Notes under the pieces: model-generated
Seen by the model: only the letters and a program-made list of their open reading frames with translations
The model's database searches: none
What the model was told of the DNA's origin: nothing
In this document: in pieces, positions 19,247 through 27,171 of the stretch
Layout: each line of letters starts with the position of its first letter
Position numbering within the stretch: the stretch's first letter is position 1
DNA from: Patescibacteria group bacterium
GTDB taxonomy: Bacteria; Patescibacteriota; Patescibacteriia; UBA11705; DATKZF01
Reading direction: 5' to 3'
Assembly: GCA_049319825.1 (NCBI GenBank)
Contig: JBMORT010000009.1
Coordinates: 3,349-67,348, forward strand
Length of the DNA: 64,000 nucleotides
Position numbers and translations under genes: made by a program

Positions 19247-20013
19247 TCCAGCCGCTTTATAACGGCGAAGTCAAAATCGTATTCTATCCGGAAAGTCATC
19301 GCTACAAACTTGACGGAGAAAAAACTTATCTGGTCAGCGTAACGGCGGCGACTGGGATTCTGGATAAAAGCCGAGTCTTGATTCCGTGGGCTGTAGGATT
19401 GGCCGGGCAACACCTGAGGGAATATCTTGAAGACGCGAAAACAAATCAATTCACGAGAGAGGAATTATATCCGGTGATTGAGGAAGCGTTAAAACAGCAC
19501 GAAATCAAAAAAGAAAAAGCGGCAAATGTCGGAAGCAAAGTCCATGATTGGGTTGAGCGGTTTGCTATCGCGTGCCTGAATGATACTGAGAGGCCAGAAA
19601 TTAACGATATAGACGACGAACAGGTGCTTTTGGGAATCAATGCCTTTGTTGAGTGGTTCAACGCTCACAGCGTCAAATTTCACGCCACGGAGCGACTGCT
19701 CTTTTCGAGAGAGTTCGAATACGCGGGGATCACGGACGCCGTAGCCGAGATCGACAAAAAGAAATATCTGATTGATTACAAGACAAGCAAAGGGATTTAT
19801 TCGGAAATGTATTATCAGGTCGCCGGCTACTGGAAAGCGTACGAAGAAGAAACAAAAGACGAGCTGGCCGGGGCGATTATCTTGAAGTTCGGCAAGGAAG
19901 ACGGGAACTTTGAAACGAAAGAATTTACCAGAGAAGATTTACAAAAGAACTTTGAAATATTCGCCGCCTGCTTGGCGATAAAAAAGCGGGAAAAAGAATT
20001 ATATCGCAAATGA
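19231..20013 (+). CDS. PD-(D/E)XK family nuclease (Cas4/RecB-like phage exonuclease)
   Basis: The motif block GITDAVAEID...LIDYKTSK has the D...D/ExK signature of the family. 260 aa. Confidence 0.65.
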   Translation: MSEKIIQPLYNGEVKIVFYPESHRYKLDGEKTYLVSVTAATGILDKSRVLIPWAVGLAGQHLREYLEDAKTNQFTREELYPVIEEALKQHEIKKEKAANVGSKVHDWVERFAIACLNDTERPEINDIDDEQVLLGINAFVEWFNAHSVKFHATERLLFSREFEYAGITDAVAEIDKKKYLIDYKTSKGIYSEMYYQVAGYWKAYEEETKDELAGAIILKFGKEDGNFETKEFTREDLQKNFEIFAACLAIKKREKELYRK

Positions 20014-20014
20014 T

Positions 20015-20278
20015 ATGACGCTATACGACGACGCGAAATTGCTGTTGTCATACCAGCAAAAAATGAACAGCGATAAAGCCAAAAAAAAACGGCTTGAATT
20101 ACAAATCATCAGAAAAATGGGCAAAAAGAAGCGAATTGATATGAAAGACGTTTCACTTATCCGCCATGAGAACGGCGGTGTTCAGGCAAAAACAGGGTTG
20201 AAAAAATTCAGTCTATTCGGGTTTTTGCGGTTTCCCTGGGAGAGCAACAAAAAACCGCGGCAAACTACAACGCATTGA
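20015..20278 (+). CDS. Hypothetical phage protein
   Basis: 87 aa basic ORF. Confidence 0.35.
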   Translation: MTLYDDAKLLLSYQQKMNSDKAKKKRLELQIIRKMGKKKRIDMKDVSLIRHENGGVQAKTGLKKFSLFGFLRFPWESNKKPRQTTTH

Positions 20279-20460
20279 TATATTTTTTCTGTACAGCTTC
20301 TGATTAAGTGGCGAAAGCCGGCGTCAGGAGGTATCGGCTCGTAGCTAACTGATCGGAGGCTCAATGATGGCCTTGATAAATCCACTTCTCCTCACGGAAG
20401 TGAAATTATCCACACCTCACATAATCAAGGCTATCATCGAGCTTAATAATCCCATGCAAT

Positions 20461-21285
20461 ATGTCAGACAAAATACAAATACAAGATGAGAGTGGAGATC
20501 GAAAATATTTCACTGTAATTCCGAATTATGTGCTTAATCACTCAACGATTTATGATCGAGAGGTTTATATCCAGATGAAACGAATCGCTGGAGAATCAGG
20601 GGAGGTTTGGATGAGCCAAACGAAATTAGCGAAACAATGTGGAATTAGCAAACCTCGGATCATTAAGGCCTTGCGTTATCTTTGCGAACACCAGTGGATC
20701 GAGAAAGTTGGTAAAAAGAAAACAAGTCCGGTAGATAGTCAAGGGACGGATGTTTACAAAATAGTAGATTTATGGGATTTGAATAATAATTTTTATCGAA
20801 AAAGTCAAGGGGTCGGTAAAAAAATAGACCGACAGGTCGGTAAACAATTAGGGGGGGGTCGGTCAAAATCCTGCACAGGGGTCGGTAAAAATCCTGCACA
20901 CAAAGAAGAACCAGTGAAGAAGAACCAAGAAGAAGATAACGTTAAGATATTATTATCTGCTGATAATAATATCTTGCAAGCTGACGCTTGCGACGACACA
21001 AAAGAAATAAATAGTCAAATAACGGAAATAATCACTTTGTTTCGAGATAATGTCAATCCGAATATCAATTACGGAAATAAAACATTTCGCAAAGCTACCA
21101 AGCAGATGATCGATAAATACGGATTCCAGGAATTAAAACGCGGAGTAGAGGCGTCAATTGCGGTGCAAGGCCAGCCTTACGCTCCCGTGATAACAACGCC
21201 TTATCAATTCCAGCTTAAAATGGGCGAGTTAAAAATCTATTTTGATAAAGAAAAAAATAAAACAAATAAATTCGGATCAATATGA
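20461..21285 (+). CDS. Putative phage replication initiator / winged-HTH DNA-binding protein
   Basis: Winged-HTH start MSQTKLAKQCGISKPRIIKALRYLCEHQWIEK. Iteron-like repeats lie inside the gene. Confidence 0.5.
   Translation: MSDKIQIQDESGDRKYFTVIPNYVLNHSTIYDREVYIQMKRIAGESGEVWMSQTKLAKQCGISKPRIIKALRYLCEHQWIEKVGKKKTSPVDSQGTDVYKIVDLWDLNNNFYRKSQGVGKKIDRQVGKQLGGGRSKSCTGVGKNPAHKEEPVKKNQEEDNVKILLSADNNILQADACDDTKEINSQITEIITLFRDNVNPNINYGNKTFRKATKQMIDKYGFQELKRGVEASIAVQGQPYAPVITTPYQFQLKMGELKIYFDKEKNKTNKFGSI
20808..20900 (+). repeat. Iteron-like direct repeats (candidate phage origin) inside the replication initiator gene
   Basis: GGTCGGTAAA at 20811, 20835 and 20879. The variant GGTCGGTCAA is at 20857. 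AATCCTGCACA occurs twice. The palindrome ACCGACAGGTCGGT is at 20827-20840. Confidence 0.6.
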
Positions 21286-21776
21286 AAATAATTTTTTACA
21301 GTTCAAATTCTCAATTCGTGTTATTGGATAATGAATTTGTAAGTTTTATCAAAGAATTAGAGACAAAAAAACGAGTTTGGATCCCACGGCTAAAAGTATT
21401 TTTGAGCGATATGTTTATCTGGGCAGGCGACAAACCACCGGATAAAACAAAGGGCTATTTGCATGACGGGACTTATGTCGAAAAAAGAATGGGTAAATGG
21501 ATTGATCCACTACGTCCCGAAATCAATTTAGATTATAAATATTATCCGGAATTAGCCAAAGATGAAATTTTAACCGAATTGGAATATTTTGGCACTATCT
21601 CAAAAACTTTAAATACGAAAAAAATGAAGCGATTAGAAGAAGCCGAATTTAAAAGACGAAAAGAGAATGATGATGAAAAAACCAAGGAAGCAGAAGCGGT
21701 GGGAATGTCCCGCCAACAATTAGATGAGATTGAAGAAGAATTATGTGCAGGCAAGCTGTTTGATGTGTCAGAATGA
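21282..21776 (+). CDS. Hypothetical phage protein
   Basis: 164 aa ORF. ATGA overlap with the upstream gene. Confidence 0.45.
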   Translation: MKIIFYSSNSQFVLLDNEFVSFIKELETKKRVWIPRLKVFLSDMFIWAGDKPPDKTKGYLHDGTYVEKRMGKWIDPLRPEINLDYKYYPELAKDEILTELEYFGTISKTLNTKKMKRLEEAEFKRRKENDDEKTKEAEAVGMSRQQLDEIEEELCAGKLFDVSE

Positions 21777-21800
21777 AACTATTAACCCAAATTTATTAAT

Positions 21801-22190
21801 ATGGTCCCCAAACACTTAGCCGCGGTGCAAAACGGCAATCTCAAAATGTTCTACCCCGAGCGTTATCAGCAATGGCTGAATAACCTGAATGGATTCGTGG
21901 AAGTGGTGGTGAAGCCGCGCCGGCATGATCGAAGCGATAAGCAGAATAATTATCTCTGGGGCGTAGTGTATAAGCTTATTTCCGAGCATACCGGATACAG
22001 CGACGAGGAAGTCCACTTGATTTTTAAGACGATGTTTCTGAAAAAAAGGATAGGCCAATTCGAGGTTGTGGGAAGCACTGCAAAACTCAATACCAAAGAA
22101 TTTACTGAATATATTAACAAAATAATCGACTGGGCCGCGCGGGAACTGCTGGTTGAAATTCCTTTGCCGGACGCCGTTGAATATGACTGA
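21801..22190 (+). CDS. Hypothetical phage protein
   Basis: 129 aa ORF. Confidence 0.45.
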   Translation: MVPKHLAAVQNGNLKMFYPERYQQWLNNLNGFVEVVVKPRRHDRSDKQNNYLWGVVYKLISEHTGYSDEEVHLIFKTMFLKKRIGQFEVVGSTAKLNTKEFTEYINKIIDWAARELLVEIPLPDAVEYD

Positions 22191-22641
22191 ACAATTACCG
22201 AAATTATTTATATTTCTTTCGCAAAAAGAATTGTCGAATTTTAGCGGAGACTTAAAACCACTGAAAAATTATTCACAAGGAATTTGGGCCCGGGATTTGG
22301 AAGACGCGCTTAATTTACTGGAAACGGATTTCGCTGGCCATAAATACCCGTTTCAATTTCTGAACAGCTATACTTTCGATGATTTGATAAAAAAGTCCGG
22401 AGTGAAAGTCGAGATGAAAAAAGATAAAGAAAATACAAATAAAATAACCATTTTAGCTCAGGCGATTTATTACATTGAATTTTTACTGAATGATAAGGCG
22501 GCCGAGCCATTTCGAGCTTTATTAAACGAAACAGATATAAAAAATTTAGCAAGGATAAAAACAAAATTAAGAAAGTATGACGGAGAAAGAAGCGAAAATG
22601 CTGGACAAGTTATTCCAAACGCACCTGCTCGACAAGTATAA
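22183..22641 (+). CDS. Hypothetical phage protein
   Basis: ATGACTGA start/stop overlap with the previous gene. The protein starts MTEQLPKLF. Confidence 0.4.
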   Translation: MTEQLPKLFIFLSQKELSNFSGDLKPLKNYSQGIWARDLEDALNLLETDFAGHKYPFQFLNSYTFDDLIKKSGVKVEMKKDKENTNKITILAQAIYYIEFLLNDKAAEPFRALLNETDIKNLARIKTKLRKYDGERSENAGQVIPNAPARQV

Positions 22642-22933
22642 TCACATTTCGCTTTTGGGGGGCAGAGCGACCGTGATTCATCACATCAAGCACAAATCGC
22701 AGGGATTGGCGCTTAGATGGTATACGCCGAACGGTATCCCGCTTACGCTTGAACAGCATAATCAAATCCACGGGAAAAACAAGAGCATAATCGAAGCGGA
22801 AATATTCAAAAATAAAAACAATGATTTGAAAAAAAAATTGATTTATCAGGCGCGAACAAAACTGAAATTATCGCAAATAAGATTTGAGGAAGTTAAAAAT
22901 CATATTATCGGCGACGCCGAAAATTATATATAA
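22577..22933 (+). CDS. Hypothetical phage protein (His-rich, possibly nuclease-like)
   Basis: 118 aa. The HHIKHKSQG...EQHNQIHGKN pattern is suggestive, with no firm family assignment. Confidence 0.35.
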   Translation: MTEKEAKMLDKLFQTHLLDKYNHISLLGGRATVIHHIKHKSQGLALRWYTPNGIPLTLEQHNQIHGKNKSIIEAEIFKNKNNDLKKKLIYQARTKLKLSQIRFEEVKNHIIGDAENYI

Positions 22934-22937
22934 AAAT

Positions 22938-23096
22938 ATGTCAGGTTATTTAGAAAAACCGACACAAGAACAAAGAATTTTAAAGATACTACAAGAGGCC
23001 GGGGATTGGGTCGACGGGATGACTTTTTTGAGACTTGATAGCCCAGTTACGCAATATCATGCCCGTATATTTGGCCTTCAACGAAAAGGTTATTAG
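22938..23096 (+). CDS. Small winged-HTH-like DNA-binding protein
   Basis: MSGYLEKPTQEQRILKILQEAGDWVDGMTFL...YHARIFGLQRKGY. Confidence 0.35.
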   Translation: MSGYLEKPTQEQRILKILQEAGDWVDGMTFLRLDSPVTQYHARIFGLQRKGY

Positions 23097-23107
23097 ATTG
23101 AGGGCGA

Positions 23108-23341
23108 TTGGGTAGAGGGCAAAAACTGGAAAAAGTATCGGCTCATTCCCGGCCAGCAGAAATTAGTTTTATGAAAACAATACAAAGTAAAAGGTTTTCA
23201 ATACATATGCTGGACAAAAATTCTCTTGAGCACGATAAGTTTCTGAAAGAATACATCCAGCTTGCAAAAGAAGAAATCGCCGAGTGGCAAAAGTTCAAGA
23301 AGCAGTGCGAGAGGATTTTGAAAAATAAACTAAAAAAATAA
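23108..23341 (+). CDS. Hypothetical small phage protein
   Basis: 77 aa ORF. An alternative start is at 23171. Confidence 0.3.
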   Translation: MGRGQKLEKVSAHSRPAEISFMKTIQSKRFSIHMLDKNSLEHDKFLKEYIQLAKEEIAEWQKFKKQCERILKNKLKK

Positions 23342-23352
23342 ATTATAAATTT

Positions 23353-23559
23353 ATGAAATACACAATCAAAAAAAGAGATTCAGATGAAGTTTTAGTAGAG
23401 GGTGAAGCTGAAAGTTTTAGAGATTTTGTCGAGAAAAACAAAATGGATTTACGGGGAGCGGATTTATCCAAAACGGATTTGTCCGGAGTGGAAATCAAAG
23501 CCTCGCAAAAAGAAGCATTATTAAAAGCATTAAGGATTGACATAACCGAGGAGGAGTAA
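23353..23559 (+). CDS. Small protein with pentapeptide-repeat-like segment
   Basis: LRGADLSKTDLSGVEIK, 68 aa. Confidence 0.3.
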   Translation: MKYTIKKRDSDEVLVEGEAESFRDFVEKNKMDLRGADLSKTDLSGVEIKASQKEALLKALRIDITEEE

Positions 23560-23560
23560 G

Positions 23561-23791
23561 GTGGCAATCAGGGTTGTCTGTTGCGTATGCAGGGAAGTGC
23601 TGGCCTATAAGGACTGTTATACGCCAGGAGTGAAGACGAGCCATGGGTGGTGCGAGCCGTGCTTGCGAGAACACTGTCCTGAGGTGGCAGAGGAGGTGAT
23701 CGAATCATGCAAGACCGAGCCGAGGCCAAGCCAGTTGCAGCTCAAGCTGTGCGAATCATGTATTGCCTCGCGAAATGATTCGCAAGTTTGA
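23561..23791 (+). CDS. Cys-rich zinc-binding small protein (GC-rich islet)
   Basis: CCVCREV...CYTP...HGWCEPCLREHCP. Local GC content is far above the surroundings. Confidence 0.4.
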   Translation: MAIRVVCCVCREVLAYKDCYTPGVKTSHGWCEPCLREHCPEVAEEVIESCKTEPRPSQLQLKLCESCIASRNDSQV

Positions 23792-24668
23792 GAATAAAAG
23801 ACGCATAAACAATTTTATGCGTCGGTCAAAAAAACATTATTTAATATATATGCCAAAAGGTAAACAAGGATTTCAAAAAGGAAACAAGCTTGGCCATTCA
23901 AACAAGGGAAGAAAAATGTCAAGCGCGTTTAAAAAAGCAATAAGTTTAAGACAAACTGGTAGGAAATTATCAGAAAACTGGAAAAGAAATATAAGTGAAT
24001 CTTTGAAAAAAAAGACATATCTTAGATTGCCGTCTTGTCATTCTCAGGGATATATTTTGATTTATAATCCGAAACATATTTATTGTAATAAGGATGGATA
24101 TATTCCTGAGCATAGGTTCAAATTGGAATGTGAATTGGGAATTATCATAAATCCAGTTAAATTTATCGTGCATCATAAAGACGGAAATAAAAAAAACAAT
24201 AAGATAAATAATTTACAATTATTAACACGAAAAGATCATAGGAGATTACATGAGGGTTGGCTCAGAAAAATGGATGGTTGGTATAAGCATTGTCATTCCT
24301 GCGGTGTATTATTAAAAGTTTGTGAGGATAATTTTTATAAAAGAAAATCTGGAAAATTTATTTCATGGTGTAAGAATTGTAATAAAAATGTAGTTTACGA
24401 AAGACGGTTTAGAGAGAAAGAGAGGAGGATGGCGGATGAATGTTCAGCCCAAAAACGACATAACACATTACTTTTATTGTCATGTTTGCGGTCGTGTAGA
24501 ATTACACGAAAGGCTGGGCGTGATACAGACAGGCGATACGCAGACCAAGCAGAGGCTGGTGTTGGTGCAGTGGCAGTGTCCTCGTTGCGGAGACAAGTGC
24601 TATGTGCAGGAAAGGAAGTGAGAACGCGGGGCAGGCCAAGTCTTGCCCCCGAAAATTATGAAAAATAA
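23763..24668 (+). CDS. HNH homing endonuclease with NUMOD3-like motifs
   Basis: HNH core FIVHHKDGNKKNNKINNLQLLTRKDHRRLH. Two SxxxKxxISxxxK NUMOD3-like motifs are present (SSAFKKAISL, SENWKRNISESL). A C-terminal zinc knuckle is CHSCG...CKNCN. The last ~70 codons are GC-rich and look like read-through, so the true 3' end is uncertain. Confidence 0.65.
   Translation: MPREMIRKFENKRRINNFMRRSKKHYLIYMPKGKQGFQKGNKLGHSNKGRKMSSAFKKAISLRQTGRKLSENWKRNISESLKKKTYLRLPSCHSQGYILIYNPKHIYCNKDGYIPEHRFKLECELGIIINPVKFIVHHKDGNKKNNKINNLQLLTRKDHRRLHEGWLRKMDGWYKHCHSCGVLLKVCEDNFYKRKSGKFISWCKNCNKNVVYERRFREKERRMADECSAQKRHNTLLLLSCLRSCRITRKAGRDTDRRYADQAEAGVGAVAVSSLRRQVLCAGKEVRTRGRPSLAPENYEK
24436..24621 (+). CDS. Small zinc-ribbon protein (GC-rich islet), overlaps the tail of the HNH ORF in another frame
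   Basis: SD AGGAGGA 6 nt upstream. CHVCG...CPRCG double CxxC. Confidence 0.4.
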   Translation: MNVQPKNDITHYFYCHVCGRVELHERLGVIQTGDTQTKQRLVLVQWQCPRCGDKCYVQERK

Positions 24669-24887
24669 AATACACACAAAAAAATGGTTTATTCGTCGGA
24701 TAGGTAAGCGAGTATTCAGGGATGCTGACGGGTGTGAATGTGATTTGTGCAGAAATGTCGTTGAAAACGGAATTATTATAAACGACAAGCAACACGCCGA
24801 TTATATGTATGAGATGCAATGGGAATGTGCTAATTTGGGGACTTATTTAAATTATAGAGATAAAAAGTAATAAATAACTAAAACATT

Positions 24888-25232
24888 ATGACAAAAACAA
24901 TTGAGGTGTCAAACGAAACATTTGAGTTAATCAAAGATCAATTAGGTGATGATTTTACTGATGATTCGTTCGATGAATTGGTCGGTAAAAAAGTGTTTAT
25001 GAGGACGGTGACTTATCACATGTTAGGAGAAGTCAAAAAGAAAGTTGGTAATTTTTTATTGTTAAAGGACGCGTCATGGGTAGCGGATTCAAAAAGGTTT
25101 TCCGATTTTATTAAAAAGGGTGTTCAAGATGAAACTCCTGAAATTGAACCAGTAGGAGAAGTGATGGTCAATATGGACTCGGTAGTGGATTTGTATATTT
25201 GGAAACATAAATTACCGACCAAACAACAATAA
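24888..25232 (+). CDS. Hypothetical phage protein
   Basis: 114 aa acidic ORF. Confidence 0.4.
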   Translation: MTKTIEVSNETFELIKDQLGDDFTDDSFDELVGKKVFMRTVTYHMLGEVKKKVGNFLLLKDASWVADSKRFSDFIKKGVQDETPEIEPVGEVMVNMDSVVDLYIWKHKLPTKQQ

Positions 25233-25260
25233 TTTATGAACATTTTTATTAAATATATTG

Positions 25261-25406
25261 GGTCTTGGTCTTGGTCTCGGTCTGGGTCTGGGTCTGGGTC
25301 TCAGTCTTGGTCTTGGTCTTGGTCTCGGTCTTGGTCTTGGTCTCGGTCTTGGTCTGGGTCTCGGTCTTGGTCTGGGTCTCGGTCTTGGTCTGGGTTTTGG
25401 TCTCGG
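25261..25406. repeat. Hexanucleotide microsatellite (GGTCTN) x ~24
   Basis: Near-perfect period-6 tandem array. It encodes (GL)n on + and (RP/KP)n on -. Confidence 0.95.
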
Positions 25407-25595
25407 TAATTTTATGATATATAGACTTCGTGGCAAGGGAAAACTTAATAACAAAAAGCGATGGAAAAATCTAAATATTCTTTGTAAAAAGACTGAAAAA
25501 AGGCACGACCTCTTATGTCGGGGTAGGAATGAATCCTGATTATTATAATACGCATAAAAAATCTAAGAAGTGGTGGCAGATTTGGAAATAATTAT

Positions 25596-25871
25596 ATGAA
25601 AAAACAAAATAACATTTCAGAAGATAGAATTAAGTGGTTATGTGAAAATGTTAAGGGTTGGATGATATATGCAGGATTGCCAAGGCATAAAGATTGTAGG
25701 TTGATTTTAGAGTTTATTGATAAGGATGATTTTTTAGAGGTAGGCAAATTCGAGGTATGGGGAGATAAAGAGATGGACAAACATCAAAAAGCGGAAATTC
25801 AACACTTGAAAAATTTTGCGAAGGAATGTTTAATTTATGCGCGAGACGCAAAAAATATAATTAAAATATGA
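25596..25871 (+). CDS. Hypothetical phage protein
   Basis: 91 aa ORF. Confidence 0.4.
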   Translation: MKKQNNISEDRIKWLCENVKGWMIYAGLPRHKDCRLILEFIDKDDFLEVGKFEVWGDKEMDKHQKAEIQHLKNFAKECLIYARDAKNIIKI

Positions 25872-25899
25872 TTATTGATAATTCAAATAATTAAAATTT

Positions 25900-26199
25900 A
25901 TGAATGAAAAAATTAATCAACCTGATTTTATTGGTATGCCGGATAGGGATGTTTTATTGGGTGCCCTACACACCGCCCGGGTGGAGTGTTTATCGCAGAT
26001 AGCATTATTTACGACAAACAGAAAGTTTTTAGAAAAAAGACAATTTCGGGAAGGATTAAATCCAAAGCACAACAAGAATGAGTATCAAAAATTATTAGGA
26101 GAATTACAAAAACAAAAACGAAATTTAGAAACAACAGAAATTCAATTGGAAGCGATAAAAGAAGTAATCAAGGATGTTGGCAAGATTTTAGAAGAATAA
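25900..26199 (+). CDS. Hypothetical phage protein
   Basis: 99 aa ORF. Confidence 0.4.
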   Translation: MNEKINQPDFIGMPDRDVLLGALHTARVECLSQIALFTTNRKFLEKRQFREGLNPKHNKNEYQKLLGELQKQKRNLETTEIQLEAIKEVIKDVGKILEE

Positions 26200-26523
26200 A
26201 GTTATCCACTTGCATTATTTTTTATAATACTATAAGCAGAGATTAGTCAGGGGGATGATAATCTGTACGAAAGGCCTCGTTAAAGGACGGGGTTATTTTT
26301 GTTTAAAAATTGTAGTATTGCGCCTTCTTGAAAAAAGAAGGTTTGACAACGCATTTTGTCTTTCTCACAAAGCCTTTAACTCACTCTTTCGACCAGTGGG
26401 TTGAGGGCGCAAGACTATAACTTATGCCGTATAAAAAACCAAAAAAGGTTAAAGGGGGCTGCAAAATAATCAGATATAAATCCAAAGAAAAAGCAGCCCG
26501 CGCGGCCCGGGCCATAAAATAGT

Positions 26524-26823
26524 ATGCCTATACAAACAATAGAAGAATATTGCGTTATATGCGACAACAAAACGACATGGATGGCCTCCCAGATAGTCGG
26601 CCAGCAAACATCCACGACTTTTCGTGATTTTACAAAAGAAAATGAAACAAAAGACGGTTATGACAAAAAAATGGAAAAAGGGCTGAAGTATACGGCAGAG
26701 ATAATGTTTATCTGCCAATCTTGTTTGAAAAATAAATTAACAAAACAAATTGAAGTTAAAAAAATAGCTGAGACTAAACTCACTAAAATGAAATATGAAG
26801 AAACCGCAAAAATTGACAATTAA
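26524..26823 (+). CDS. Small zinc-finger protein
   Basis: CVICDN...CQSC pairs, 99 aa. Confidence 0.35.
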   Translation: MPIQTIEEYCVICDNKTTWMASQIVGQQTSTTFRDFTKENETKDGYDKKMEKGLKYTAEIMFICQSCLKNKLTKQIEVKKIAETKLTKMKYEETAKIDN

Positions 26824-27169
26824 ACAGCGAAAACTGCAAAAGTTAATATTGGAAAATTTGGGAAAAGAGGGGGGATCAATGACGATGACCGAAATGATGA
26901 TAAAGGCCGGATATTCTAAAAGTACCGCTCATGAACAGTCCAGAACCTTGTGCGGCATTAAAGACAAAATTGAACCTTTTATTGAAAAATTAGAATCAGA
27001 AAAAGAGGCGATTTTAGATGAAATGATAAAAAAACGGAGTAAGGCGAGATATGCCGATCTTACTACGGCCTTTGATAAAATATCAAAACACGCTCAATTA
27101 TTGCGAGGAAAACCCACGGAAATCAATGAACATAGCATTTCTGCGATATTAGATAAATTGGAGCAATAG
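26795..27169 (+). CDS. Putative terminase small subunit
   Basis: Basic HTH-like N-terminus (LTIKQRKLQKLILENLGKEGGSMTMTEMMIKAGYSKSTAH) immediately upstream of the large terminase. Confidence 0.45.
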   Translation: MKKPQKLTIKQRKLQKLILENLGKEGGSMTMTEMMIKAGYSKSTAHEQSRTLCGIKDKIEPFIEKLESEKEAILDEMIKKRSKARYADLTTAFDKISKHAQLLRGKPTEINEHSISAILDKLEQ

Positions 27170-27171
27170 AT

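Noticed and set aside
20808-20900. Possible CRISPR array
   Set aside because: The repeats are only 10 nt with 12-14 nt between them. They lie inside a coding frame and have no cas genes, so they are interpreted as iterons.
25212-25539. Two ORFs (80 aa minus, 93 aa plus) spanning the hexanucleotide repeat
   Set aside because: Both are generated by the low-complexity repeat. There is no SD and a TTG start was needed, so neither is annotated as a CDS and only the repeat is reported.
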